This document shows positions 10,433 through 21,798 of a DNA stretch of 41,125 bases, in pieces. The stretch spans positions 71,293,555 to 71,334,679 of the forward strand of contig NC_068983.1 in the NCBI RefSeq assembly GCF_001194135.2, given 5' to 3'. The position numbers were made by a program, and so were the translations under genes. This DNA comes from Octopus bimaculoides. Taxonomy: Eukaryota. The stretch's first letter is position 1; each line of letters opens with the position of its first letter. The notes under the pieces were generated by a model. It had not been told where the DNA came from. It was given only the letters and a program-made list of their open reading frames with translations, and ran no database searches.

Positions 10433-12682
10433 TGTATGTATTATGCATATGCATATATAAGTGGGGTAGCATATAGTTTCGTGTGTATTCGTATCCCTCA
10501 TTATATATGGATAAGTGTGTGAGAGAGACAGAAAAGGAGAACATGCTCGGTAAACGCACATATACGAAAGAATTTATGGGGTTTTTTTTTTCTAATTGCA
10601 GCTTATTAGCGAATTTTTTAATATCCTTTTCTTGATTTTCTACTGGGGGAAAGAGTTTTATTTTAGAATAGCGTTCTATTATTTATACAAAGTTTTATAC
10701 TTATAGTACGACACCATCCCTTAGCAACGAAAACCTTCCTACAGAAGTAAATATTGCGATTTAGCATTGCTTACGAAGATATGTCTACTTGATATAACAA
10801 AGAGACTTAGTTTAATGGATTCGGTGTAACTCCTGCATGAGGAAGGTATTGTGGTGGTATTTTACTTAAAAATCAGGTTACAAAAAGAAAACAGTTTTGT
10901 TATGTAGAATTAAACTCAGATTATCATTTGAATGAAATAACAGATATTACTCAGGTAATGCAGCTAAACCAGTTTGGCTGTGTTTTATTATTGATGAATC
11001 AACAGCTAATACTTAATAATTTGCTTTGTTTTTGTTGTAAAGAGAATAACCAGCAAGGAACATGCCGAAAGGTTAGTTTGTCTATTAGATTATGTGATTA
11101 TTGTTCCATCTCGTTAGCTCTAGCCTAGTCGTAAAACTATCAACTTGCAGATTGTTAGGGCATTGCGAGCATTAAACGAATCTCTGTTATTTCATCAAAC
11201 ATGTATTATAACTTTTTTTCTCATTTGCTAAAAACATTTTGATGACGCATCCATCACATGAACATATCCCTAGGATGGACTTTGATCTCAGTCTGTCGTG
11301 TGCAGAGCTTTGTCACTGTTAACTAATGTCATACTATATCACTGCACACGAGCCAATCGTTTGGCCTGCTTAAAGTAGCATCCATGTATCATTCAAATTA
11401 TTCTTTTAGAGTTTCAAAAAAAATTCTGTGTAGCAAGGTTAATTTGTCTTCTGTTATAACACCATCACTTGCTACATTGGGTACTGTCTTTAATCTCCCT
11501 GACAGACATGATCGTCACAGCATGAATGTCTTTAATCACAGATCTGCTTAATTAAGGCAAAGCTAAGATTAAAACAACAACAGCAACAATACTATATAGT
11601 TTGTCGGAGTTCAAACCCTGTTGAAGTGTATGATCATATGATACTTAAATATGTTTAGAGAATCAAGCAAAATGTCTAAAAGAGGAAGTTAAAAGGACAG
11701 ATATATCTTAGCATTAACTTCTTATTTATGGTGTTATCTGTTGTGTTTGAATTTTGAAATATTTTATCACCAGTATATTTCCTAACTATATTATTGTTAT
11801 TGACGTTGTTTAGGGCAAACAGACCCTGATCGAGTTGCTTGTTTCCTAGTAGCACATAGGCAAATAATCAATTAATTGTAAAAACAGAAACTGTAAGGAA
11901 CTGTGAAACCTAGGTGTTAGTGTTTTGCACTTTTCGACTATTTCTATGATATTAAATTACATGGTGTAAATTCAATGGGTTGATTAGGAAATGCCCGAAA
12001 CAGCAACCAAATCTCACTCATACCAAACTATGCCATCTTAAGCTCTTAAAAAGCCGAGATGATCGCAGTTAAACTATCTTTTCTATCATACGTTCTCTCA
12101 ACACACCTTGATTTCATTCGACTAAAATGCCACACCATAGAGCCTGTCAGAAAATATACAGTGATTGGTGAATGTAATAACTGTTAGAATGTATTTTTAA
12201 ATAGCTTAATCAAGGGAAAATGTGCGTGCAGTGTTTATTACTTTTGTCGGGCCTCCGAGCCTGGTGGGAGAAACAGGAAGAAATAGCAATCTTAATGTTG
12301 TTGTATTATTGCTTTTTAATGAAGGCTCTACGTTTTTAGAGGGAATGCCGGCAGTAATACAGAGCTTTACAGGAAGATGATATTGGTGTGACGGTAGTGT
12401 ATTCCAAATGGTGTGTTGCTTGGGCTCGAGCACTAATATACCATGCCAGCCATTTGCATGTTGGCACAAATCGGAAGTCGATTGAAATGATACTTTATTT
12501 TATTAGCTCCTGAAAGATGAAAGGGAAATTTGACCATATTAGAATTTGAACTCAGAATGTAAATAACCAAAACAAATCCTGCTAAACATTTTTTTTCCGG
12601 GAATTCTATAGATTCTGCCAATTCACTGCCTTAATGTCAATCAGTATTCTTTTAAATAACTAGCCAAATACCGTATATAACT

Positions 12683-12718
<36 letters not shown>

Positions 12719-13743
12719 TAGTAGTNNNNNNNNNNNNNNNNNNNNNNNNNNNNNNNNNNNNNNNNNNNNNGAGGAGGAGGAGGAGGAGGAGGAGGTTTTG
12801 TTATTATCGTTTATCAGTATCTGTCCACCTACTATATATCTGATATGCAAACTGCACCAATAGCGGCAGCTGCAGTAGCAGCAACAGATCGATTCCAGTT
12901 AATGATTACCGACAAGAATATAAAGGAAAACTGTTATTAAATGCCAGTATTGATGCAGTGACATTTTATAGAAATGCGGGAACTTTCCTAGTTGAAATGA
13001 GTCAAAGATTGTTTTCATTTATACAACAAATAAAGATTTCTTTTGTCTAAACACAATCGGTTTAGACGAATCCACTCTATTATCATCATCTAGGTAGTCG
13101 TTCAATTTGCTCGAAATAGCAACTAAATCTTGTTCGAATCAGAGATGGTCATGGTTGGAATATACTTATGAACATAGGTTCTCTTAACAAGTATTGACTT
13201 GATGCTTTCCTTCTCATCTTGGTTTCACGAGATCACTACAACATAGAACCTATCTGACACAAAATAGAGATTGATGATTGAGTATTATATCTGTTGGATT
13301 TCTTTTTCGTGCGGGTTAATCAAGGAAAGAATGGTAACATCGATAAATTTTGGTGAGGCCTTCGTGTCTCATACGAGAAAAGAAGATAAAAAAAAACCAC
13401 GACCTCAGAGTAAAAATATTGGTTCGAATGTTTGCAAAAAAGTAGACTCTGCTAAAGGCTCCTGCGGGTCGGAAGCTGGTGTTAGGATTTGGTAACGGAT
13501 ATAGGCTATCACCTGTAATGCAGAAGGTATAAAGTGTGTTGCCCAAAATATCTAGTGGTATTTGGTAAAGCCCTTGAATTCTGTGTTCTAATCCCGTCTA
13601 GGTCGAGTTTCACTTTGATCCCTCCAAGCTTTATAAAATAAGTACCAATCCACTTGGTACTTTTGTCGATACAGTTACTTATTCTCTTGAAGGCAGCACC
13701 TCAGCATAACTACAGTCTATACTACTGCTGCTGCCTGTGCTGA

Positions 13744-13794
<51 letters not shown>

Positions 13795-13861
13795 CACTGC
13801 TGCTGCTGCTACTACTGCTACTATTGCTACTACTACTACTAATAATAATAATAATAATAAT

Positions 13862-14240
13862 AAGAGCACTCAGAGAGCGCAAACCTCCACCAAGGCAACA
13901 CAAACGTCCTCTCAACGATTAGCCGGAGATGATTTTTAAAATGAGAATATCTGAAATAAACTCGACTGCTCTCACAAACGAGAATATTTAAAATGAACCC
14001 AACCGCTCTCAAAAACTAAGTAAAAAGAAAACAAAAACAAAAAACAGGAAAAATAATCCAGAATCCTTATCCGGTACCAGATCGAAGTGAAAATCTAATC
14101 ACTTCGTGCCTGTCACGAGGCCAAACATCTCTGAAAGTTTCATCGAAATCCATCCAGCGGTTCTTGAGATATCTTGTCCACGGACAAACAAACAAACACG
14201 ACTGAAAAGAATACCTCCACCTTCGCTAAGGCGGCGGCAA
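13862..14240 (-). mobile_element. Helentron-associated HINE (DINE-1-like architecture)
   Basis: 5' palindrome acctccacctt-cgct-aaggcggcggc (14213-14238, 8 of 11 pairs), adjacent (GTTT)n, 3' subterminal inverted copy acctccacc (13883-13891) and 3' stem-loop gcactc-aga-gagcgc (13866-13880). T-rich flanks on the minus strand. Confidence 0.7.
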
Positions 14241-14415
14241 TAATCTTTTCTATTATAGGAACAGAGTCTGAAATTTAGGGGTAGGAGGGGTAGGAGGGGT
14301 AGAAGGGCCAGTCGACTAGATCGACCCTAGTACACAAATGGTACTTAATTTATCGACCTCGAAAGGATGAAATACCTCTAAGCATTTCGTCCAGCTCGCT
14401 AACGATTCGGCCAAA
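14241..14415 (-). mobile_element. SINE family A copy with internal deletion and a 9-bp tandem triplication
   Basis: Shares gtcgac, atcgaccc, tttatcgacc.cgaaaggatgaaa and aagcatttcgtcc..ctcgctaacgattc with the other family A copies. Confidence 0.8.
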
Positions 14416-15182
14416 TACCACTACTAATACTACTATTTTTTTCTCTTTTAGTCAGCATTGCTCGTAACTATTTATAGAGGCCCCGTTACTGGTAGAAAAT
14501 TGGAGGGAATAATTCCTCAGATGGAAAGCTTTGCGTAAATGCTTGAAATAACGTTGCTAGGTGTTGGTATTAAACTGATTAACGCAATAAGTCTTCCACC
14601 AATGTAGCCCATGTCCGGTTTTGATTTCAAAAAAGAAAGAGCTGAAACAAATAATGCAAGGCAACTAGTAGGACATTCTAACTGTTCTGTCAATCCACCG
14701 TCCTGAGTTCCCAATTCTTTTTTATCGAAGCCAAAGGGACGATGAACGGTAAAGTTGACTTCGGTGGAATTTCAAATCAGAACGCATGGAGTCGAAAGAA
14801 CTACCGCGTGAGGTTATATCCAATATTAAAGACCCCTAACAATTCTAGGTTCACACTACAACTACTTCTACTGCCACCACTATGCACTACTACTACCACC
14901 ACTACCACCACAACCATCACCACTACCACCACTACTAATACTACAACTACAACCATTAATATTACAACCACTACTATTACAACTACTACTACTACTAAGT
15001 GTTATCGATCAAGACTGAACAGAGGTTACACGGCAGCGTCGACAGGAACATTAGCAACAACAATAACAACAACAACAACAACAACAGTAACAACAACAAA
15101 GAGTCCATAATATGTTACACTTCGAATTTATTTTCTTTAAAATGCTCATATATTAAGAGACTGATGCATTCGGCTCCTGAAA

Positions 15183-16342
15183 TTGTGTTGCAATTAAAAA
15201 TTGTGCTGCAATTAAAAATCCTTCAGTCTCTGCTTTGAGTCCTGAGTTGCTGGGATTTTTCTCTGTCTATTTCTTTTGCATTTAGTTTAGCCTACCATTT
15301 GCCATGAAGGGGGTTTTCTTGCCATCGTTTTATCATGGTCCGTTGCTGTTCTAGTTTTAGTTTGGATTTCATTTGTTNNNNNNNNNNNNNNNNNNNNNNN
15401 NNNNNNNNNNNNNNNNNNNNNNNNNNNNNNNNNNNNNNNNNNNNNNNNNNNNNNNNNNNNNNNNNNNNNNNNNNNNNNNNNNNNNNNNNNNNNNNNNNNN
15501 NNNNNNNNNNNNNNNNNNNNNNNNNNNNNNNNNNNNNNNNNNNNNNNNNNNNNNNNNNNNNNNNNNNNNNNNNNNNNNNNNNNNNNNNNNNNNNNNNNNN
15601 NNNNNNNNNNNNNNNNNNNNNNNNNNNNNNNNNNNNNNNNNNNNNNNNNNNNNNNNNNNNNNNNNNNNNNNNNNNNNNNNNNNNNNNNNNNNNNNNNNNN
15701 NNNNNNNNNNNNNNNNNNNNNNNNNNNNNNNNNNNNNNNNNNNNNNNNNNNNNNNNNNNNNNNNNNNNNNNNNNNNNNNNNNNNNNNNNNNNNNNNNNNN
15801 NNNNNNNNNNNNNNNNNNNNNNNNNNNNNNNNNNNNNNNNNNNNNNNNNNNNNNNNNNNNNNNNNNNNNNNNNNNNNNNNNNNNNNNNNNNNNNNNNNNN
15901 NNNNNNNNNNNNNNNNNNNNNNNNNNNNNNNNNNNNNNNNNNNNNNNNNNNNNNNNNNNNNNNNNNNNNNNNNNNNNNNNNNNNNNNNNNNNNNNNNNNN
16001 NNNNNNNNNNNNNNNNNNNNNNNNNNNNNNNNNNNNNNNNNNNNNNNNNNNNNNNNNNNNNNNNNNNNNNNNNNNNNNNNNNNNNNNNNNNNNNNNNNNN
16101 NNNNNNNNNNNNNNNNNNNNNNNNNNNNNNNNNTTTTGCCGTAACATTTGTATCCGCATCCAGTTCTATTTAGCAAGTCAGAAAAAGGTGTCTGTGCCAA
16201 ATAGAACAGGAGCGGAGAGAGTGTGTCTCCCTGGAATATTACTCTTCTAATGGGGATGGCTTTGGTTTTCACGAGTCCCTCTTTTGTTTGGAGCTGTAGC
16301 ACTGTCTGCCATTTATTGATAGAGTGTCTTATGTATTTCATA
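15183..16342 (-). pseudogene. R4/Dong-like reverse transcriptase fragment interrupted by a 756-N gap
   Basis: WQTVLQL...IPIRRVIFQGDTLSPLLF (RT QGDxLSPLLF motif) lies right of the gap. Left of the gap are RWQENPLHGKW and, after a frameshift, SGLKAETEGFLIAAQ. It ends in an 18-bp tandem duplication (15183-15218). Confidence 0.9.
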
Positions 16343-16545
16343 ACATACTCAATTTGTTAAGGTCAAACAAATGACAAACAAATCTGTGGTAATGAGCAGA
16401 ATATTTGTTGTAGTTCATCTTTTATACCAAGACAAAGCAATGTAAATCATAACACTTCTAATCAGCTAAGATCAGCACCCATGAGAGTCATTGCCAGGTA
16501 CTGCATGAGGGCATCATCACTATTATTATTATTATTATTATTATT
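16343..16545 (+). repeat. 3' part of a dispersed repeat ending in (ATT)n
   Basis: Non-coding block ending ccaggtactgcatgagggcatcatcact(att)n. I recall it as an abundant octopus repeat; there is no second copy in the window. Confidence 0.45.
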
Positions 16546-17542
16546 CAGTAGTTTTATTTTTATAACGTGCTTTCACTTCACTACCGAGCGCAGCTCTGTG
16601 CGCCTTGGGTATGTGCTGTGGTTTGCTGTGGTGCTCTTATGTTTACTGTATTGAAAGTGTTTTGCGTAGAATGTGTGCAGTACCCAGTAGTGCAATTTTC
16701 TGTATGTTATATATATTTGTAAGTCCTGCTATTTTTGTTATGTATTTGTCTGAATATTTTTTTATTATACCTAAGGCACCTACTATGATAGGAATTGTTT
16801 CTGTTTTTAGATTCCACATTCGAGTTATCTCTATTTCCAGGTCTTTGTATTTTGAAAGTTTTTCCATTNNNNNNNNNNNNNNNNNNNNNNNNNNNNNNNN
16901 NNNNNNNNNNNNNNNNNNNNNNNNNNNNNNNNNNNNNNNNNNNNNNNNNNNNNNNNNNNNNNNNNNNNNNNNNNNNNNNNNNNNNNNNNNNNNNNNNNNN
17001 NNNNNNNNNNNNNNNNNNNNNNNNNNNNNNNNNNNNNNNNNNNNNNNNNNNNNNNNNNNNNNNNNNNNNNNNNNNNNNNNNNNNNNNNNNNNNNNNNNNN
17101 NNNNNNNNNNNNNNNNNNNNNNNNNNNNNNNNNNNNNNNNNNNNNNNNNNNNNNNNNNNNNNNNNNNNNNNNNNNNNNNNNNNNNNNNNNNNNNNNNNNN
17201 NNNNNNNNNNNNNNNNNNNNNNNNNNNNNNNNNNNNNNNNNNNNNNNNNNNNNNNNNNNNNNNNNNNNNNNNNNNNNNNNNNNNNNNNNNNNNNNNNNNN
17301 NNNNNNNNNNNNNNNNNNNNNNNNNNNNNNNNNNNNNNNNNNNNNNNNNNNNNNNNNNNNNNNNNNNNNNNNNNNNNNNNNNNNNNNNNNNNNNNNNNNN
17401 NNNNNNNNNNNNNNNNNNNNNNNNNNNNNNNNNNNNNNNNNNNNNNNNNNNNNNNNNNNNNNNNNNNNNNNNNNNNNNNNNNNNNNNNNNNNNNNNNNNN
17501 NNNNNNNNNNNNNNNNNNNNNNNNNNNNNNNNNNNNNNNNNN
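16523..17542 (-). mobile_element. 5'-truncated R4/Dong-like LINE 3' end between (TAA)n arrays, partly in a gap
   Basis: 16643-16868 encodes EKLSKYKDLEIEITRMWNLKTETIPIIVGALG...IQKIALLGTAHILRKTLSIQ* (REL C-terminus), then 3' UTR and (TAA)n. Beyond the 674-N gap lies a ~95-bp (ATT)n (17543-17637). Confidence 0.9.
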
Positions 17543-17637
<95 letters not shown>

Positions 17638-17638
<1 letters not shown>

Positions 17639-17990
17639 GTTCGAGCACCATCTGGAGTATTCGAGCGAGAGAGCAGTGCATGCCATCGAAGTGACACTGG
17701 GGTAAAATATACGAAGCCCAATCATGACTACCCGTCTGATAAAGTACATTAGGCACATGTATCACAACGATATGTGCACCACACGGTGATCTCATATCAA
17801 GATAAACAACGCATGAGCTTGCANNNNNNNNNNNNNNNNNNNNNNNNNNNNNNNNNNNNNNNNNNCCCAGTTAGAATTTTCTTCAGATCGAGTAGCCCAT
17901 CCCGCTCAAAAGGTCCCTGAATGAGAGTTGTTTAAGGCATTCAAGTAATAACCACCCCCAACGTTTTGTATATGGTGGTATACGTTGCCT
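17638..17990 (-). mobile_element. Probable LINE 3' UTR with (TAA)n tail
   Basis: Non-coding block running into (AAT)n on the minus strand; the assignment rests on my recall of an octopus LINE 3' UTR. It contains a 42-N gap. Confidence 0.4.
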
Positions 17991-18534
17991 TCTCTTTTTA
18001 AAACAACCATATATATTTTGTGTAAGCGTTGCTTACTACTATTTCCAGGAGGTCAAGCCAGCGTGTAGAGACTCCTTGTTACATTCTATTCTTTCTGGTT
18101 ATAAGCATCTTTAGTGGCTATTCAGCATGATCTCTTTTTCCCTTTGGAAACATATTCTTTGCTTCTGGAGAAAAATCTGTAAAGTGTATTTGACATTATA
18201 ATGACAATGTGTGCGTTAGAATATAGACAGTAATTGTTGCAAAAATATTCTCTGCCTTTTATATTTTAAGGTTGCCATGGATTGCACCGTGGCGTTTGTC
18301 AGTGCATTTTTTAATTTTTTTATGGTGAGTCAAAGTTGCACCAATAACTTTCAATCATAGCTGAAATGCTTATTTTTATATTTTACTAACTCTTACTCCT
18401 CTTTCACCTCCTTCGTCTCTTCCTTCTCCTTCCACTTCCACTTCCTATCCTTTTTCTTCTTTCTTTTATCTTCTTCCGAACATAACTAAAATCACCTTAC
18501 GTGACAGCTGTGTCATGTGTTTATACACACACAT

Positions 18535-18606
<72 letters not shown>

Positions 18607-18764
18607 GAATTTATGTGCGTCTATATATATATATATGTGCATACGCACACATGTATGCATATGTATGTAGGGTTATTTGCATGTATGCATGGAGACATGT
18701 ATTTTCAAGAATCGGTCACAAACAGAAATGACAAAACTTCTCTCTCATACTTGACGAGTGTCTT

Positions 18765-18945
18765 ACATATTTTTGCCATTCATATTGAGAATTTCTGAAG
18801 TCGTTTCATAGATTTCTATCTGATCCCTATGCGTTTCATGTTTCGATGGCCTCATAAACATGTTGCTCTCGGCCCGATCACATTGCTGAATATGTCTTTT
18901 GCTGTACTCTGGAGTCGAAAATATAGTCGGCAGAGGTCTGACGTA
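18765..18945 (-). pseudogene. Possible Tc1/mariner transposase C-terminal remnant
   Basis: The minus strand gives SDL.P.DYIFDSRVQQKTY (cf. SPDLNPLDY) and ends ...ILNMNGKNM* (cf. VIxxNGxYI). Heavily frameshifted. Confidence 0.3.
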
Positions 18946-19505
18946 TGTATATGTGTGCGTGTGTCTGTCTGTGTGTTTGTGTGTGTGCGTGCGCGCACGA
19001 GCGTGTGTATGTGTATATATGTATATGTATGTATGCATATGTGTGTATGTATATATATAAGTGTGTGTGAGTATGTGTGTGTGTGTGTGTGNNNNNNNNN
19101 NNNNNNNNNNNNNNNNNNNNNNNNNNNNNNNNNNNNNNNNNNNNNNNNNNNNNNNNNNNNNNNNNNNNNNNNNNNNNNNNNNNNNNNNNNNNNNNNNNNN
19201 NNNNNNNNNNNNNNNNNNNNNNNNNNNNNNNNNNNNNNNNNNNNNNNNNNNNNNNNNNNNNNNNNNNNNNNNNNNNNNNNNNNNNNNNNNNNNNNNNNNN
19301 NNNNNNNNNNNNNNNNNNNNNNNNNNNNNNNNNNNNNNNNNNNNNNNNNNNNNNNNNNNNNNNNNNNNNNNNNNNNNNNNNNNNNNNNNNNNNNNNNNNN
19401 NNNNNNNNNNNNNNNNNNNNNNNNNNNNNNNNNNNNNNNNNNNNNNNNNNNNNNNNNNNNNNNNNNNNNNNNNNNNNNNNNNNNNNATATATATATATAT
19501 ACATA

Positions 19506-19555
<50 letters not shown>

Positions 19556-21690
19556 CTTGCGTGTATATGCCTTTCGCGACGTCTTTAAAGCCAAGAAGTG
19601 TTCAACCCCCTACCCCACTTCTGTCCTAGCACTTATAGACCGGTTACTCTGTTTCCATGATGTATAAGAGACCGAGATCCCATTCTCCCTAAACAAGACA
19701 CCACTCCGCCGTAAGTTTATTCATTTACTGCTGCGTGGAGCGGAGTGAAGTGAAATGCAGTGCTTTGCTCAAGAACAACGCATAATGTGGCACGTAGACA
19801 CCAATTGGTGGTCATGTATTCAGTTTGTTTTGTACTGAAAACATCGAATTTGGCTGCAACATCTTCAAGGAATGTTAACAAACCATGCTTATGACACAGT
19901 GAATGAACTATGAAATTTAGATTACCAGCATATTGAAGTTCAGTGAAACAGAGATACGTGCGCTCGGACATTTTGATTTCTTGAGCTTGATTGTGAGATC
20001 TTCATCTTAAATGCTATCAATAATTTGCTCAAAGTTTTAATAACAAAGACAAAAAGAGTTACGATGTCTCTCTAAAGATGATGGACTGTATGCGTGTGTG
20101 AGTGTGGGGGTGTGAGCGTGCGTGCGTGTGTGTGTGTGTGCGCGCGCGCGCGCGTGTATGTGTGTGTGTGTGTGTGTGTGTTGACATATATTGTATCATA
20201 TCTTGCTTGTTACTAGGGACTGGGATCCCCTTTAACAGGCTGTTGGTATTAAATAAAGTGTCAAGCATTAATGTAAGGCACTAGATCCAGTTCCTTGAAA
20301 TTACTGGATTCGTTGTACGTATAAACAGACTGGGTACTTGAATCTTGTCAAATGAGGCAGATACCTTAGATGAGAGACAAATAAGAATCGATAATCGATT
20401 AAGGTTGTTTATTCTTTTTAAACTATGGAGAGGCAGTTAAATTTGCCATGTTCGTGTGTCTACTACATAGCTGTACACATAACACACACGTATGTATGTA
20501 CTTTCATACATTCTACATGCATACATGAATACTACTTACATACATACATACATACATACATACGTATTTTATACATATTACAACANNNNNNNNNNNNNNN
20601 NNNNNNNNNNNNNNNNNNNNNNNNNNNNNNNNNNNNNNNNNNNNNNNNNNNNNNNNNNNNNNNNNNNNNNNNNNNNNNNNNNNNNNNNNNNNNNNNNNNN
20701 NNNNNNNNNNNNNNNNNNNNNNNNNNNNNNNNNNNNNNNNNNNNNNNNNNNNNNNNNNNNNNNNNNNNNNNNNNNNNNNNNNNNNNNNNNNNNNNNNNNN
20801 NNNNNNNNNNNNNNNNNNNNNNNNNNNNNNNNNNNNNNNNNNNNNNNNNNNNNNNNNNNNNNNNNNNNNNNNNNNNNNNNNNNNNNNNNNNNNNNNNNNN
20901 NNNNNNNNNNNNNNNNNNNNNNNNNNNNNNNNNNNNNNNNNNNNNNNNNNNNNNNNNNNNNNCATGCTACATACATATACACACACAAACATCCATCCAT
21001 CTATACATACATACACACATACATACGCACATACATACATACTTGTACATCTATGTCTGTGTTTATATTTATCGCAGTACACCAGTGTATCGAATTCTGA
21101 CCTATTACATAAAAAGAAAGGCTAACATAGTCTTTCGAAAATTTTCGATCCGTAAAGATATGTTTAAAACTGCAATATGTACGGTAACCAATGTGATTGA
21201 CTAAATCCCTTAAATGTGTTGCCTCTGCATGATCGCAGTTAAACGTCTGAAACCAGTAAAAGAGTAAAAAAAAAAATGTATTCGTCAATTCTGAAAACTT
21301 CACCTCTGCTTTCTCTGTTAAGTTGCCTGCTTCATATATTTATCAGTATATATCGCCGCTATAATTTTGGTGGCATGTGTTAATATTTTCTACGAGGTAC
21401 AATACAAACTGTCTTACATGTCATTGAATCTTTTATCGGGAGGGTACTCGAAAAGCATTTTGTTGTAGATGATAATTGCGACGATTAAATTTGTCACAGT
21501 GATCCGTAATACTAATATCTATGTGGAGTAAAATCGGAATTCATGTCCTATGTTCGAAAAATTAGTCCCTAAAAGAGCTAATAAGGGAATTCTGATGTGT
21601 TTAAATATGCGGAAGAGCGAAAATGATGTTATCATTTCCGCTCAAATGATGTTATCATTTGAGCTAAGATAAACCCCCACACAGAATTAC

Positions 21691-21725
<35 letters not shown>

Positions 21726-21764
21726 NNNNNNNNNNATATATATATATATATATATATATATATC

Positions 21765-21798
21765 ATTTAACGAAGGTGAAAAACCCGAAACGTTAGCT
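21765..21798 (+). ncRNA. Degenerate minimal hammerhead-like motif of Penelope pseudo-LTR type
   Basis: ttaacga-a-ggt-gaaaa-acc-cgaaacgttagct compared with the typical ctgacgaagg...cgaaacgtcagct. The core CUGA is mutated. Confidence 0.35.

Noticed and set aside
12206-12469. 87-aa minus-strand ORF in mixed-composition sequence
   Set aside because: No RT, transposase or host motif recognised; its 5' part adjoins a SINE remnant.
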